From Lama guanicoe (lineage: Eukaryota): a DNA stretch of 64,000 bases. The stretch's first letter is position 1. Each line of letters begins with the position of its first letter. Below the pieces are notes generated by a model. That model had not been told where the DNA came from. It saw only the letters and a program-made list of their open reading frames with translations, and made no database searches. The translations under genes and the position numbers were made by a program. Below are positions 12,901-25,883 of the stretch, piece after piece. The DNA lies in assembly GCA_013239625.1 (NCBI GenBank), contig MU053482.1, positions 186,001 through 250,000 on the forward strand, given 5' to 3'.

Positions 12901-13899
12901 GCAGGACTCCAGATCAGTTAGAACCAATCTCTGCCCTCCAGGACCTCAGCCCTCATAACCAAACAACTGCAACGTGGAACTGCCATGAAGAGAAGCACTT
13001 GGCACGTTATGTGTGTTTAGGGAATGAGGGGAAAGAAGGGCCAAGGGGACTAGGGAAGCCTTCCAGGAGAAGATGTCTGAGCAGTCTTGAGAAACAAGCA
13101 AGCGAAAGACTGAGAAATGGAAGTTTCAGATAAGGTCTGTCATTTAGTTGCAAGCATTGTATCAAATGTTAATTCCCTAGTGTTGATCACTGTTCTCTAG
13201 TTATAGAAGATGATGACAGGGGAACAGCGGTAACATGGATAAGGAGTTTACAAGAACTTTCTATACTATTTTTGCAACTTTTCTGTAAGCCTAAAATTAG
13301 TTCAAAATAAAAAGTATTTAAAAAGAAAAAGAAATGGAAGTTTCAACCCAAAGGATCAGCACATAACAAGGCAAGGAAGAATGGACAATGTGTGGGAGGT
13401 GCTCTGGAAAGTACAATCAGTACAGCTTGTCTGAAGACTAGGGAATATGCAAAGGAAATGCTGTGAGATGAGGCTGAACACACAGATAGAGGTCAGATAC
13501 CAGGGAGCTTTGTAGGCCATGTTAAGCAGTTTAGATTTTTATCCTTGGGATTATAGAAAACGATAAAGAATTTTATGATCAGACGGCTAAGGCCCAAATT
13601 AGAATAGTAAAGACATAGAGAAATGGACATGTGATTATTAGATCACCAGGGCTTGATGCCTGGATAAAAATGAAAGGAAAATAAGAGGAAGGATTAAAAA
13701 CTGATGCTTAGTTTATATAAATTCAAACACAGGCAAAGCACAACTATGGAATTAGGGGTCAGGATAGTGATTGCCCTTAGAAAAGCACTGACTGGAACTG
13801 GGCAGAGTGGGATTCTTGATGTGAGTGCTCATTACATGGGTGTGTTCACTTTGTAAAATTCATCAAGCTGTGTACTTAGGAAATGTGTACTTTTCTATA

Positions 13900-14415
13900 T
13901 GTGTCTCTGGTTACTATGCTGTGTAATAAATCATCCCAAACTTAGTAGTGTAAAACAACAGCTATTTTATCATGCTCACAGATTCTGGGAATTTAAACAA
14001 GACACAGAAGGACTAGCTTGTCTCTGTTCCATGTATCTGGGACCTACCTCATCTAGAGTGGTCAAATGCCTGGGGGTGAATTGAGGCTGGTGACTGCAAT
14101 CATCTGGAGGCTTCTTCTCTCACATGTCTGATGCCTGAGCTGGGACAACTTAAAGGCTGAGCTCCACTGGACTGTCAAATAAAGACATGTGACTGCTCCT
14201 GTGTCTTGGGCTTCTCACAACATAGCAGCTAGGTTCCAAGAGGGAGCATCCTGAGAGGGAGCTTCCAGACAATGAACGTTCTGGGAAAACCGGAAGGAAG
14301 CTGCATGGCCTTTTATGATCTAGCTTCAGAAGTCACACAACATCACTCTTGGCTGAAACAGTCACAAGGGAAGATCATCAAATAATTCATGACCATTTTT
14401 TAAAACTGCCACAAT
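13900..14415 (-). mobile_element. MaLR (MLT1-type) LTR
   Basis: Typical MLT1 motifs: atcatcccaaacttagtagtgtaaaacaac, ggaagctgcatggccttttatgatctagc...gaagtcaca. Confidence 0.7.
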
Positions 14416-14994
14416 GTTACACAATAATAATAGTGATAGTAATATTAATAAATACTAGGGCTAGATGTTTTGGCTGAAAGGCCAGAGATAGGGATTAGAA
14501 AAGAAAGAGTGAATGGAGAAGATAATGAGCCCAGTTATAAACCCAGTGGGCTGAAGGTGACTGTGGAATAGCCAAGCAGGGACATCCAGCAAGCAATTAG
14601 TGGTATAGATAGATAGGTCTGGAGCTCAAAGAGAGGTTTTGGGGAGTCTTTGGATGTGAAAGGGGATTCTGTGGTTGACCAAGATTGGCCAGGGAGAGCT
14701 GGGAGGATGGAAAAAGAGGAAGGCCTAGGACAGAGTTCTTAAGAACACCAAAACAGAAGGGACAAGTAGAGGGACTTATGAAAGAGACTAAGAAGAAATA
14801 AACAGAAAGCCAAGAAACTATGGTATCCATAGAAGCCATGGGAAAATAGGATTTCAAAAAAATAAAATAAAATATTGAGGACTATGGATGTTTCTTCCAA
14901 GAAATGCTCCCAAAACACAAATCTAGCCATAACACTTAACTGGGCAAAACACTTCGTGGGTTCCCCCATTGCCTTCAGATAAAATCCTAGCTTT

Positions 14995-15046
14995 CAACTA
15001 ACACAACACTGTAAATCAACTATACTTCAGTAAAAGAAAAAGGATT
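14995..15046 (+). mobile_element. Very short L1 3' tail insertion
   Basis: aactaacacaacactgtaaatcaactatacttc plus A tail, flanked by tcctagcttt at 14985-14994 and 15047-15056. Confidence 0.75.
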
Positions 15047-16325
15047 TCCTAGCTTTATAACATGGCTGACAAAGCTTTCCCTGAGCTGTCCTGGGTCCAC
15101 CATTCAGCCTCATCTTTCACCACTAGCTTCTCAGATTTTCTAGGAAAACCAATTGACATTCCCCCAGTCCCCTATGCTTTTTGAAATTTCTTTATCTGTG
15201 CACACTCTGTGCACTTTGCTTGTAGTGCTCATCACACTTCCATCTCTATACCTAACTCCTGTTCATCCTACAGAACCCAGAATCAGTTAGGACCCTTCCT
15301 ATGTACTGCAATTACCCTCTGTATATCCACCTAATAGAGTATTCATCACACTGCTATGTAATTATCTATCTACCTGACTCTTCCCCCTACCAGACTGTGG
15401 GTTTCTGGAGGGCAAAAAATGTGTTTCATTCATCTTTTATCCCCAATGCTTAGCACAATATTGGCCTGGCACATAGCAGGTGTTCTGATTTTGACTTATT
15501 GACTGAGAAAGATGATGGTCATGAAAGGGACATCACGTGAAGGGAGAATTTGTAGGATTTTTTTGGTTTGTTTTGGAATGAGAGAGATTTAATTAAGCAT
15601 GTTCACCAAAAGGGAAAATTGAAAGAGTTTGAGGATCTAGAAGACACAGGCAATAACTGGTGGGATCAGGCATGAGAGGTAACAGGAAGGGAATGAGGGC
15701 AAAAATGCCACAGGATGGCCCCCAACACACTCATCCAGCAAGGAAGAAGCAGGTAAGGGTGCAGGTAATGGAGACAGAGCCCATGTCTGATGTGACAGGC
15801 ATTCTTCGTCCCCAGAGACTAGTTCAGCATCTGACACAAATGAGCCATTCGGCACATAGTTGTTAAATGGATTAAAAATGAGGTTCAGGCAGGGAACTTG
15901 CACAAGGTAAAACATAATGATTTTCTGAGCCTATACTGGCACCCAGGTCCTCTGACCAGGGGACCCCTATGTAGTTCAGCTTTAGGGAAGGTGGGGAGTC
16001 AGTGCGGGGAACAAGGCCCAGCTCTACCTCTGAGGCATGCACCTCACCATCTCCAGGGGCCTCATTAGAGATGTTTAGTTGGGCAGGTGTAAACCCAGGC
16101 CCTAGGAGACAGGGCAGAGCACTGGAACCACACTGTCTCCACCCCTTCAGTAGCGGCTGTTCCTGGCTGTGTTGCTAAGAGCTTCAGAAGCCAAAGACGG
16201 AGGATTCACAGGTGGAGACCAAGGGCAGCTTCTTCCAGGCAGGCAGGCCCTAGCATCCACCTCCTGAAACCACCTACAGACAGAGGCCCTGGATTTCTCA
16301 CACCCAGGTACCAGGCTACAGAACC

Positions 16326-16387
16326 ATGAGCCAGGACAGCAAAGTGAAGACGACAGAGTCCAGCCCTCCTACCCCGTCCAAGGCGAG
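16326..16387 (+). CDS. CNGA4: CNGA4 exon 1 (cyclic nucleotide-gated channel alpha-4)
   Basis: accATG AGC CAG GAC AGC AAA GTG = MSQDSKVKTTESSPPTPSKAR; ag|gtgag. Confidence 0.93.
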
Positions 16388-16518
16388 GTGAGAGATACTG
16401 GTCCCCTGTGTCAGATCCGCCTGCCTCACTAGCTGGATCATGATCCCTGTTTGGTGCCCCCAGTCACAATCGCAACACTGAAAGGTGAATAAATGAAACA
16501 CGACTTCCCCTCCTACAG

Positions 16519-16620
16519 GAAGTCACTGCCTGTCCTGGACCCATCAGGGGATTGCTACTACTGGTGGCTGAACACGATGGTCTTCCCAGTAATGTATAAC
16601 CTCATCATCGTCGTATGCAG
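16519..16620 (+). CDS. CNGA4: CNGA4 exon 2
   Basis: [34 protein letters not shown]; ctacag| and |gtttgg. Confidence 0.93.
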
Positions 16621-16816
16621 GTTTGGCTGGGCACTGTGGGAAGGGCCTTAAGCAGAGACCAAGGTTAAACAGTGAGGCCCAGGAGAGGGGCAGCCCCTTG
16701 CCCGGGGCTGGAGTAGGGGCGGTGCCTATGCCTAGGGTTTAGTGCTCAGGCTTGGGGGGAACACATCACACATAAAGGGTGCCCTCAAGCCGATCTCTCC
16801 TGTCCCTGCTATGCAG

Positions 16817-16923
16817 AGCCTGCTTCCCGGACTTGCAGCACGGTTATCTGGTGGCCTGGTTAGTGCTGGACTATACGAGCGACCTGCTGTACTTACTGGA
16901 TATCGTGGTGCACTTCCACACTG
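16817..16923 (+). CDS. CNGA4: CNGA4 exon 3
   Basis: [35 protein letters not shown]; atgcag| and |gtcagt. Confidence 0.93.
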
Positions 16924-17202
16924 GTCAGTGAGTCCCAGGACTCAGTCTATGTTCAACGTTCCCTTCCCAAAGAGAGCCTCTTGGTAGCAAAGTGACCCCT
17001 CCCTGATAGCACTTTCACATGCCTCTCTGTTTACAATACCCCTAGACTCACCCCAGAAACTCTAGGGCGGTTAGGCTGGCTCCCACTCTGTCCGGGTAAC
17101 TGTCTCCCTGTCCTCGACCCGGGCACGCCCACCCTCACCCTCATTCCTGGAGCAGATAGCTGCCCTGTCTCCGCCCCATGCCTGACCCCCGTCCCCCATC
17201 AG

Positions 17203-17848
17203 GATTTTTGGAGCAGGGCATCCTGGTGGAGGACAAGGGTAGGATCGCGAGTCGCTATGTCCGCACCTGGAGCTTCGTCTTGGACCTGGCGTCCCTGTTG
17301 CCCACCGACGCGGCCTACGCGAGTCTGGGTCCGCACACACCCACGCTAAGGCTGAACCGCTTTCTGCGGGCGCCCCGCCTCTTCGAGGCCTTTGACCGCA
17401 CGGAGACCCGCACAGCTTACCCGAACGCCTTCCGCATCGCCAAGTTGATGCTTTACATCTTCGTCGTCATCCACTGGAACAGCTGCCTGTACTTCGCCCT
17501 GTCCCGCTACCTGGGCCTCGGGCGTGACGTGTGGGTGTACCCCGACCCCGCGCGGCCCGGCTTCGAGCGCCTGCTGCGCCAGTACCTCTACAGCTTCTAC
17601 TTCTCCACGCTGATCCTGACCACCGTGGGCGACACGCCGCCGCCAGCCCGGGAGGAGGAGTGCCTCTTCATGGTGGGCGACTTTCTGCTGGCCGTCATGG
17701 GGTTCGCCACCATCATGGGCAGCATGAGCTCCGTCATCTACAACATGAACACTGCAGACGCGGCCTTCTACCCAGACCACGCCCTGGTGAAGAAATACAT
17801 GAAGCTGCACCGCGTCAACCGCCGGCTGGAGCGGCGAGTCATTGACTG
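17203..17848 (+). CDS. CNGA4: CNGA4 exon 4 (S3-S6, pore, start of C-linker)
   Basis: GFLEQG...LRLNRFLR...[13 protein letters not shown]...VIDW; 646 nt, frame-consistent. Confidence 0.97.
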
Positions 17849-18584
17849 GTGAGGATGCCGGGCTTCCAGACCAGGACAGAGAGAGATGTCCTGAGTAGAA
17901 TCTGAGGAAGGTGGCTGGGTTCTCACTGCCTGGTGGGCCGGGCAGGGCCATCAGGATGTGGCCTTCATTGGGAGGTCCACTGGGTGGGGGCTTGGAGAAA
18001 TATATTCTCCACTAATCGGATAAGGACTTAGGAGTGGATGGGTAAGAGCCTGACAGGGAGGAAACTCGTAGGCAAGAAAGGATAACCCAGAAACCAGGGA
18101 AGGGTTAAGAGAGAAGAGCAATACTCCTCAGGGGATGGCCAACAAAATGGCTGAGTACGTCATGGAGTCCATACTGTAGGCTGAACAGAAGGAAGTTCAA
18201 CTTCACCAAGTTGGGAAGCTAGAGCAGAGGACCTCTAAAGAAAGCGGGGCTTGGTGATTGAAATAGGCATCGGTGGGATGGTACAAGACATCTCTGAATG
18301 GTAAGTGGGTAGAGCTGACAGGAGCTAAAGGGCATCTTATCCACTGTCAGCTAGTGGAGTCTTCCAGGCCCTGAGTGAGGGAGAGGAGGTCAAAACATAT
18401 GAGTGACCAACAGATAGTGGACTGATGGTATCTTTCATCCAACTGTCAAGTATTCCCACGACCCCTGTGAGATCTCAGCGTAGTTGGGTTCTTGACTAAA
18501 GCTGAGGTGAGCCCTGATGGAAGACAGAGAAAGAGGCATGTCAGTAGGGGGCTGGTGGAGAACTGGTGCTACTCTTGCCCCCAG

Positions 18585-18934
18585 GTACCAGCACCTGCAG
18601 ATCAACAAGAAGATGGCCAACGAGGTAGCCATCTTACAGCACTTGCCTGAGCGGTTGCGGGCAGAAGTGGCCGTGTCTGTACACCTGTCTACTCTGAGAC
18701 GGGTGCAGATCTTCCAGAACTGTGAGGCCAGCCTGCTGGAGGAGCTGGTACTGAAGCTGCAGCCCCAGACCTACTCACCAGGCGAATATGTCTGCCGCAA
18801 GGGGGACGTTGGCCGAGAGATGTACATCATCCGGGAGGGTCAGCTGGCCGTGGTGGCTGATGATGGTGTCACACAATATGCCGTGCTTGGTGCAGGGCTC
18901 TACTTTGGGGAGATCAGCATCATCAACATCAAAG
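18585..18934 (+). CDS. CNGA4: CNGA4 exon 5 (C-linker/CNBD)
   Basis: YQHLQINKK...[13 protein letters not shown]...[11 protein letters not shown]; ccccag| and |gtgag. Confidence 0.97.
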
Positions 18935-19221
18935 GTGAGCACCCCAGCATTCATTCCAGGGACAGGATTGGGGGGGGGGAATGGGGACAACAGAACCCAG
19001 TACTGGGACCAGATGGTGCTTTGGGGCCTACAGATTAAGGATACCTGGCCCTTGCCTGAGTCACTAGAGGGCTCAAGAGAGAAGCAGGACATGGAGAGTC
19101 TGTTCCCTGAGAAGAGGCTGAGCCAAGGTCAGTGAGCAGGGTGGGCCCTTGGAAGAGAGGGTAGACCTGCTCTGTGGGTGTCCACTCAAGGCACCAATAG
19201 ACCAGTGGAAAGTGACAGAGA

Positions 19222-19223
19222 TG

Positions 19224-19259
<36 letters not shown>
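19222..19259. repeat. (ATA)n microsatellite in CNGA4 intron 5
   Basis: Direct reading; source of the poly-Ile ORF. Confidence 0.95.
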
Positions 19260-20613
19260 GCTAATATTTATTGTGTGCTTATCCCCATTTCAAAGGTAAG
19301 GAAATTGGAGCACAGAGAGTTTGGGGAACTTGTCCAAAGTCACACAAGTAATAAGTATACACACTCAGAATCAATAAAAGAAATAACATTCTCACAGCCA
19401 AATGGAAAGGAAGGTAGAAGGAATATAGAAAAGAATTCCTATCTACTCCATCAAGTCCAGTCCGGGCCAGGGACTGTCCGCTGGCTCATGTATTCCTCCG
19501 ATCAGCCTCTGCCATCGGAGTTGTTCTACTTAATTACTGGTAAAGACACCAAGGCCTCAGGAGATGGGGCTGAGCACCCTCTCCTGACTGAGGCAAGATG
19601 TGCTTTCGGTCTGGGGATCTCACTCTCCACTTGTCCTAAAGGTCTCACATCTGTCCTCCAAGGACCCCCTCAACCCTCAAGCTCCACATCTTGCAGGCAG
19701 TTGGCCACTGTCTATTTGACTTTGGACAAGTCACTCCCTTCTTATGCCTCAGTTTTCTCAACTACCCAATAAGGATGATATTTAAAACCTATTTGTGAGG
19801 ATTAAACGAGTTTTCTGGGCAAGGCACACAGCGCAGGGCCTGGCACACCCAGCAAATGTTCAGCAAACAGCAGCTCCCTGGCGCCTTCTAAGGTCCTCCT
19901 AGCTCTGAGACTGCGGGATACAGACAAACCTATCTTTCCACCCACGACCCACCAACATTTTTCTAAAATACCAATAATACCATACAGTTCCCCTGCTTAA
20001 AATATTTCAATGGTTTCTCACTGTTCTCCCCATAAGATCTGAACTCCTTGCCCTGGCCACAAGACCCGGTGTGACCTGGACTGTGTCCATCTCTTCCCAC
20101 TCTCCTCACAGCCTTCACTTCAGCCGCTCTGGATTGCCTCCTGTTTTCTGTATCCATCTAACTGTTTCCTGCTCATGTTCTTCTCTCTGCCTAGATGCCC
20201 TCCCCCCCTCCTCCCCCTCTTCCCCTCATTATCTCCTACTCAATCCAGGCATCAGTTCCTCCAGGCTTCCTTAAATTCTCTGCCTTACAGCTTGTTAGGG
20301 GTTCTTTGCCTGACTTCCCACAATACCAGATGCACGTCTACACTGTATCAGCCATCCTGTTATGTAACTATCCGATCAAATGTCTGTCTCCTCTAGACTG
20401 TGAATTTTTGGAAGCAGGTCACTGATACCCACTCAGCCCAGGACCTAGTCCCACCCAGTGCTTTACTAAATGAAACAGTTAACGAGGCAAAAAGAGAGGT
20501 TCAGAAGCACAAATATGGAGGCGGGGGCCCTCGTTCAGGAGTGAAATGTCCCCTCACACCCCCACGCCCCCCCCAACTCACTGTCCTCCCTTGTGTCTGC
20601 CCTTGGGCCACAG

Positions 20614-21074
20614 GGAACATGTCTGGGAACCGCCGCACAGCCAACATCAAGAGTCTAGGTTACTCGGACCTGTTTTGTCTGAGCAAGGAGGACCTGCGGG
20701 AAGTGCTGAGCGAGTATCCACAGGCCCAGGCCGTCATGGAGGAGAAAGGCCGCGAGATCTTGCTCAAATTGAACAAGTTGGACGTAAACGCCGAGGCAGC
20801 TGAGATCGCCCTACAGGAGGCCACGGAGGCCCGGCTGCGAGGTCTCGACCAGCAACTCGATGATCTACAGACCAAGTTTGCACGCCTCCTGGCTGAGCTG
20901 GAGTCTAGTGCGCTCAAGATTGCTTATCGCATCGAAAGGCTGGAGTGGCAGACTCGGGAGTGGCCAGCGCCTGAGGAACTGGCCGAGGCCAATGATGAGG
21001 GCGAGCCTGGGGAGGGAACATCTAAGGATGGAGAGGGTACAGCTGGCTGGGAGGGATTCCCAGGCCCAGAGTGA
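20614..21074 (+). CDS. CNGA4: CNGA4 exon 6 (CNBD end, C-terminal leucine zipper, stop)
   Basis: [28 protein letters not shown]...GPE*; six exons sum to 1728 nt = 575 aa plus stop. Confidence 0.97.
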
Positions 21075-21570
21075 CTCCATGCCTATCCCCAGGACTAACC
21101 CCCACACCAAGGGAATCCCGAGGTGTAGGAAAGCCAGCCTGCAGAAACTCTGCCATCCTGTCTGCTAGGTTACAGAGATGGAAGTGGACTGGGTCTGTAG
21201 ATGCACCACCTAGGGATGCAGGAGCGTAGCACACATTCATCCCCCATGCGCAGCGCACACTCACACACACACTCAGTTGTGCACATACACACTGTCGCCA
21301 AGACTTTGCAGTCCATATAAAATGCTCTGGAGTTCCCCTTCACAGAGCACACATACTTTCTCACATAAATATGTTTTATATCCACAGACGATGTACACAG
21401 TCAAGTCATGCATCTCATAAACACACATATACTCAGAGTCACACACCAGTACACACAGATGCCTTCCACAGGTTTGCACCCCCTTGTAAACAAGATATCT
21501 TGTTTCAAGATATCTTTTAAATGCTCCCCTATGTGGGTGGTTCACCAGAGTACCCTGCAAGTTGCACGTT

Positions 21571-21576
21571 AATAAA
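21571..21576 (+). terminator. Likely CNGA4 polyadenylation signal
   Basis: AATAAA about 500 nt after the stop codon. Confidence 0.65.
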
Positions 21577-22424
21577 GTATTTGCTTCCTCACTAAACATT
21601 TACGGGTCTGGTGAGAAAAAGCAAAGCGGATGTGGGCCAGGATGAATTGTCTGAATCTTGGTTTACAGGTGTAAGGGGAACAGGCTGTGTAGTAGCTGGT
21701 GGGTTGGATTCAAAGAGGTGGGAGTATCTGATGAATCAAGAAGCAGTACTGAGTCAAGGTAAAAACAGGCTTAAGCATCACACCGCTGTAAGTGTGCACA
21801 TGCTTTCATAGACATATTCACAAACACACACTGACCATTGCTTCTCACAGCAGAGTTTGTGTCCTCAGCCTTGTGAGCTCTGAGGGGTTTGATCTAGCTT
21901 AGTAAGCCAGAGTAAATACCTCTGCCCCTTTTTCCTTCCTTTGGTTCAGCCCTGGAGGGTGGGGTCAGGGCAACCTTGCATGCAGGACTGATTCCAAAGG
22001 GAGAATAGTTCCCAGGACTGTTCACCTGGCCCTGTCCTACCAAGGTGGTTGTCGGAGCTGGCCTCGGTCCTGGCAGAAATCCAGCTCTCCTCTACACAGT
22101 ATTCCAAAATATAACATGTGGAGAATAGAGACTAGGTAAAGTGGAATACCATGACAGGGGACAACTGGAGATGTGTGTTTGGGGAGTTTTACAGTAACTC
22201 TGGCATACTTAGAAAGGCTGCAGGTTTGGGTCAGAAGAGGTGTTATGGGGTCTGTGGGGCAGAGTCAGGTGTCATCTCTGAATCAGATTCACTCTTGCCA
22301 CAACTTTAGCTCTTCCAGGGCTTGGCCAGTCTTTGGGTATGAGCTGTGCCAGGTGGTATTTTTAAATGTGCCTGGAATTTAATTTATCAATATTACACTG
22401 ATCAATGTATTATACTGACTGACT

Positions 22425-24200
22425 GATGACACAGAGATCAATGCTGTTGAAAGAAGAATTTATTACTCCTAGTCCTTAGCAAGGGGTGGGGGTACACTGT
22501 GCCATGCAGGGCTACATGGGGAAGCACCAGGGCTGGGTAGGAGGCAGAAGGAGCAAGAAGAAAACATGGGCAGAAAGCCTTTATTACTACAGTGGTGGAA
22601 AGTTTTTAGGTGGAGACATCCCCTATCAGACAGGAAGCAAGACACAGTTTGGGGACTTGTGTTTGAAGGGTTCATAATATGATTTTCAAGCACCTGTGAA
22701 AGTCAGACCACATAGGGAGATGTAAGCAACTTTGGTGGTTAATTTGTTCTTAATTTCAAGATGCTGCATCATCAACTACAGAATATCAGGAATGATTATT
22801 ACAGGTTGTACAAGACAACGTAGGGCAGGGCCTTCAGTGCTGTGAGGGCGGGAGGTATGGGGAGCATCTGCTGATGTGTGGCCATGGAGACGTTCCCCAG
22901 AGCTGCACGTGCCCTCAAAGCAGACCAACCCTTCGGATATGAAGCAGGTGACATAAATGGACTCAGACATGAAGGATTTGAAACATAACCTCTTAAAATA
23001 GTCATAGCAACTGAGGCTGTGCCAGGAGCCAAGGTGTCAGGAGAGATTTGGAGAGTGATTGCATATTAAATCATTTTAAAATATGTGGTTATTTTGTGAA
23101 TAGCTTCCTCACAAATTATGGTATCTATAGGGCTAGCACTGGGTCTGTCTGGTTTGTCACTGTGTCCACAGGACCAAAACTGTGCCTGGCACATAGTAAG
23201 TACCCAAGTAGATACTTGGCAACCAAAGAAATGGGATTGAAGCAGATAAAGGCCCAATGTTGGAGGAAGGTGTCTGTCAACTTCTCAAGAGGTTTTCCTA
23301 CTGTCTCTGCCCTCAAATCATGTTGCACTAGAATGGGTGGGTATGTAATGAAGGCCATTTTGGTGGTTTCTGATGGATTTAGGGAGCCAAGAAGAAGCTT
23401 TTCATTGATACACTACAATGTGCACACCTGTCCCAAGAGACGGCTCTCTTAGAACATGTGGCCCCTGCCCCCGCCCCCATAGAATCCTGGTCTACAGCAC
23501 AAGGAGGGTGATAACTAGCCACCTTGCTTACTATGGATGCAGAAAGAAAATTCCTCTGGGGTCAGTGATGCATCTGGTTCTGCCTCTGCTTTTCAAGGAT
23601 GAGGAGATCAAATTCTTCCTGGCAGAGCCACCACACCAGAAGACATCTTGCATATCAGCAATATCATGTCGGGGTCCTTTTGACATCCCTCCTGTGTGGA
23701 AGACAATGTTTTGACAATTTGAGATCAAGCTGAATACAGCTGGGTCAGAAGGAAACACAATTTTAAGTTGCTGGAATCACAACAACAACAAAAACAAAAA
23801 ACAAAACAAATAATCTTTTAATCCAAAGAATATTGTTTGCTGCGATCAGTCACTAAGCTAAGTACCTACATATGTGGCAGGAAAATTCACTGAAGTGTTA
23901 TTTGGGTTTTGTTCATTGTATCCCTCCTCCCAACATAAGAAAGTACCTAAATCTTTGTGTCCCCTAGACTTAAAGCTTTTTTAAGTGTCAAAAATAGGAA
24001 TTTTCAGAAACTCTCTGTCCTAGCTTTTGTTTGTAAAAACCAGGGCTCCAAGGTTTTTTTATTTACAAGGTTTTCTTAGGTCTGTCTTATTGTTTCTTTT
24101 AGGAAGATAAGGAAAGGGACTGCCTCAGCCTGAGGCCAAGGCTAGGCAAGCTCCTTCCTTTCTTAAGAATGATGGTTGCATGCAGTAACTGTGAGAACTA
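22425..24200. mobile_element. Degraded LTR/ERV-like sequence
   Basis: LTR-like motifs (gaatttattactc...gccatgcagggc...atggggaagcaccagg) followed by T-rich ERV-internal-like sequence; family not resolved. Confidence 0.45.
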
Positions 24201-25712
24201 GGTAGTAACCAGAGGAGAAGGAGCCAGTCGGGATGCAGAGCAAAGCCTGTGAATCATCAGTAAGTCTGCCCAAATGTGCTGAAGTGTGATGATCTCAGGG
24301 CTGCAGCCAAAGACAAGGGACCACCCACTGATCTGGAGAAGGGCTGCCAACTCCAGCCCTCTGCCTGCACACCTGCAGCTGGGGGAGGAGGGCACGAGTG
24401 GGGGAGTCACTGCTAGATGCCTACAGGGGTGTCAAAAACTGCTCAAGCGCCCTCCTGCTGAGAGCCCAGCTGCTTCTGGCTTAGCTCTTCTCCCTCCCGT
24501 GGGACCTAGGGCCTCACCCACTTCCCTCCCTGGGTCACTGGCCTCAGGACTCCTTGGCTTGGCTAAGATTTGAGATGTGCTACTCCCCTTCTTCCACCTA
24601 CCCTGCTTCACCTTTTTCTTTCAGAGGGTTTGGCTGCTAACCCCAAAGGGAAATGGAAATAAAGTATCAAGCTTGGGAGGAAATCAGATTCCTAGGGAGA
24701 GGGGCCAACCAACCCAGGGAAGATCTGATGCAAACACTAGAAGCCAGAAGAAGGAAGTAAAGTAGGTAGATTCTCACTCAGGGCTGAAACTAGAGTTTGG
24801 CTTGAGGCCTGGCTCAGAGACGGGTGGTCAGGTCAAGCTGGAGTGCAGGTCAGGGCATGGCCTGAGTCAGGGCAAGTATGAGGCTGGCCTAAAAGCGCAA
24901 CAGATGGGAACGCATTTGGAGGCAGTCAGGTGCTGGTAGCCAGTCAGAGTCAGATTTTAGTTCTGAAACACCACTTACTCTCTAGGGACTCTTGGCCTCC
25001 TACAAAATCTTTCAAGGTTGTTGAAAGAAAAACTTGGAGAATTAAAATGTGAAAGAGATAATGAATGTAAACTGTCTCCCAGTGCCGACAGCAACTGCTT
25101 AGTAATGAGTAATAGTTATGACTGTTACTCCTCCCCCTCTAGCCCCTCATGCCTTTGAGGGCCCTGGGGCACACAGGTTGTGCAGCCTTGCTTGGCCCCT
25201 GTTATCAGGGCTGTGCTGTCAATGCAAGATCTGGCCAGCAGAGGGCGCAGGGCTCTCCTTCCCGCCCCTCCTTCCAGCTCCCTCTCAGGCCTCAGGATGG
25301 CACTGCCTTGTAGAGCTGGGAGAATTTCCCAGGGAGAAGTGGAATCTCGGGGACAGAACCCTGGTCTCGACTGGTGTGTGAAAAACCTTATTCAGCTGTT
25401 TTCATAAAGACTAAAATGCAGCAGCGGTGATGGTGAGAGACATTACAAGAGGAAGTTGTGCCAAGTCAGAGCCTGAGGCACCTGTTGAGGCAGCACCGGG
25501 AACAGCTGGGATCATTCAGGACTACCCTCCCCGTAGCTTGAAAACTCCTGTGCTTTTCACCCAGAATGCATGGGCCCTCTGTGTCTGGCTCTGCCTTTCC
25601 AGTCTCGTTACCTTGGCCTGTTGTCCTCAGCTTTGCCCTTCAGCAACAGGTCTCACAGAGCCTAAATCAAATGTTTTCCCGGAAGCCCTCTCTCTGGATG
25701 ACTCCCTGTGGC

Positions 25713-25750
<38 letters not shown>
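25713..25750. repeat. (TTA)n microsatellite
   Basis: Direct reading. Confidence 0.95.
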
Positions 25751-25751
<1 letters not shown>

Positions 25752-25763
25752 GTGGTGGAATTA

Positions 25764-25883
25764 TGTTTATTTATTTATTTATTTATTCATTCATTTATTT
25801 AATAGAAGTACTGGGGATTGCACCCAGAACCTTGAGCATGCTAAGCATGCGCTCCACCACTGAGCTATACCCTCTCCCTCCCC
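25764..25883 (-). mobile_element. tRNA-Ala-derived SINE (camelid Vic-1-like)
   Basis: Reverse complement gggtatagctcagtggtggagcgcatgcttagcatgc...ctgggtgcaatccccagtac with A/B boxes and (taaa)n tail. Confidence 0.88.

Noticed and set aside
17346..17951. 201-aa ORF antisense to CNGA4 exon 4
   Set aside because: Typical shadow ORF of a high-GC3 coding exon
19149..19772. 207-aa ORF with poly-Ile in CNGA4 intron 5
   Set aside because: Non-ATG start; built from an (ATA)n microsatellite and MIR-like sequence
25800..25875. tRNA-Ala-like sequence
   Set aside because: Degenerate T-arm and acceptor stem plus a (taaa)n tail mark it as a SINE, not a functional tRNA
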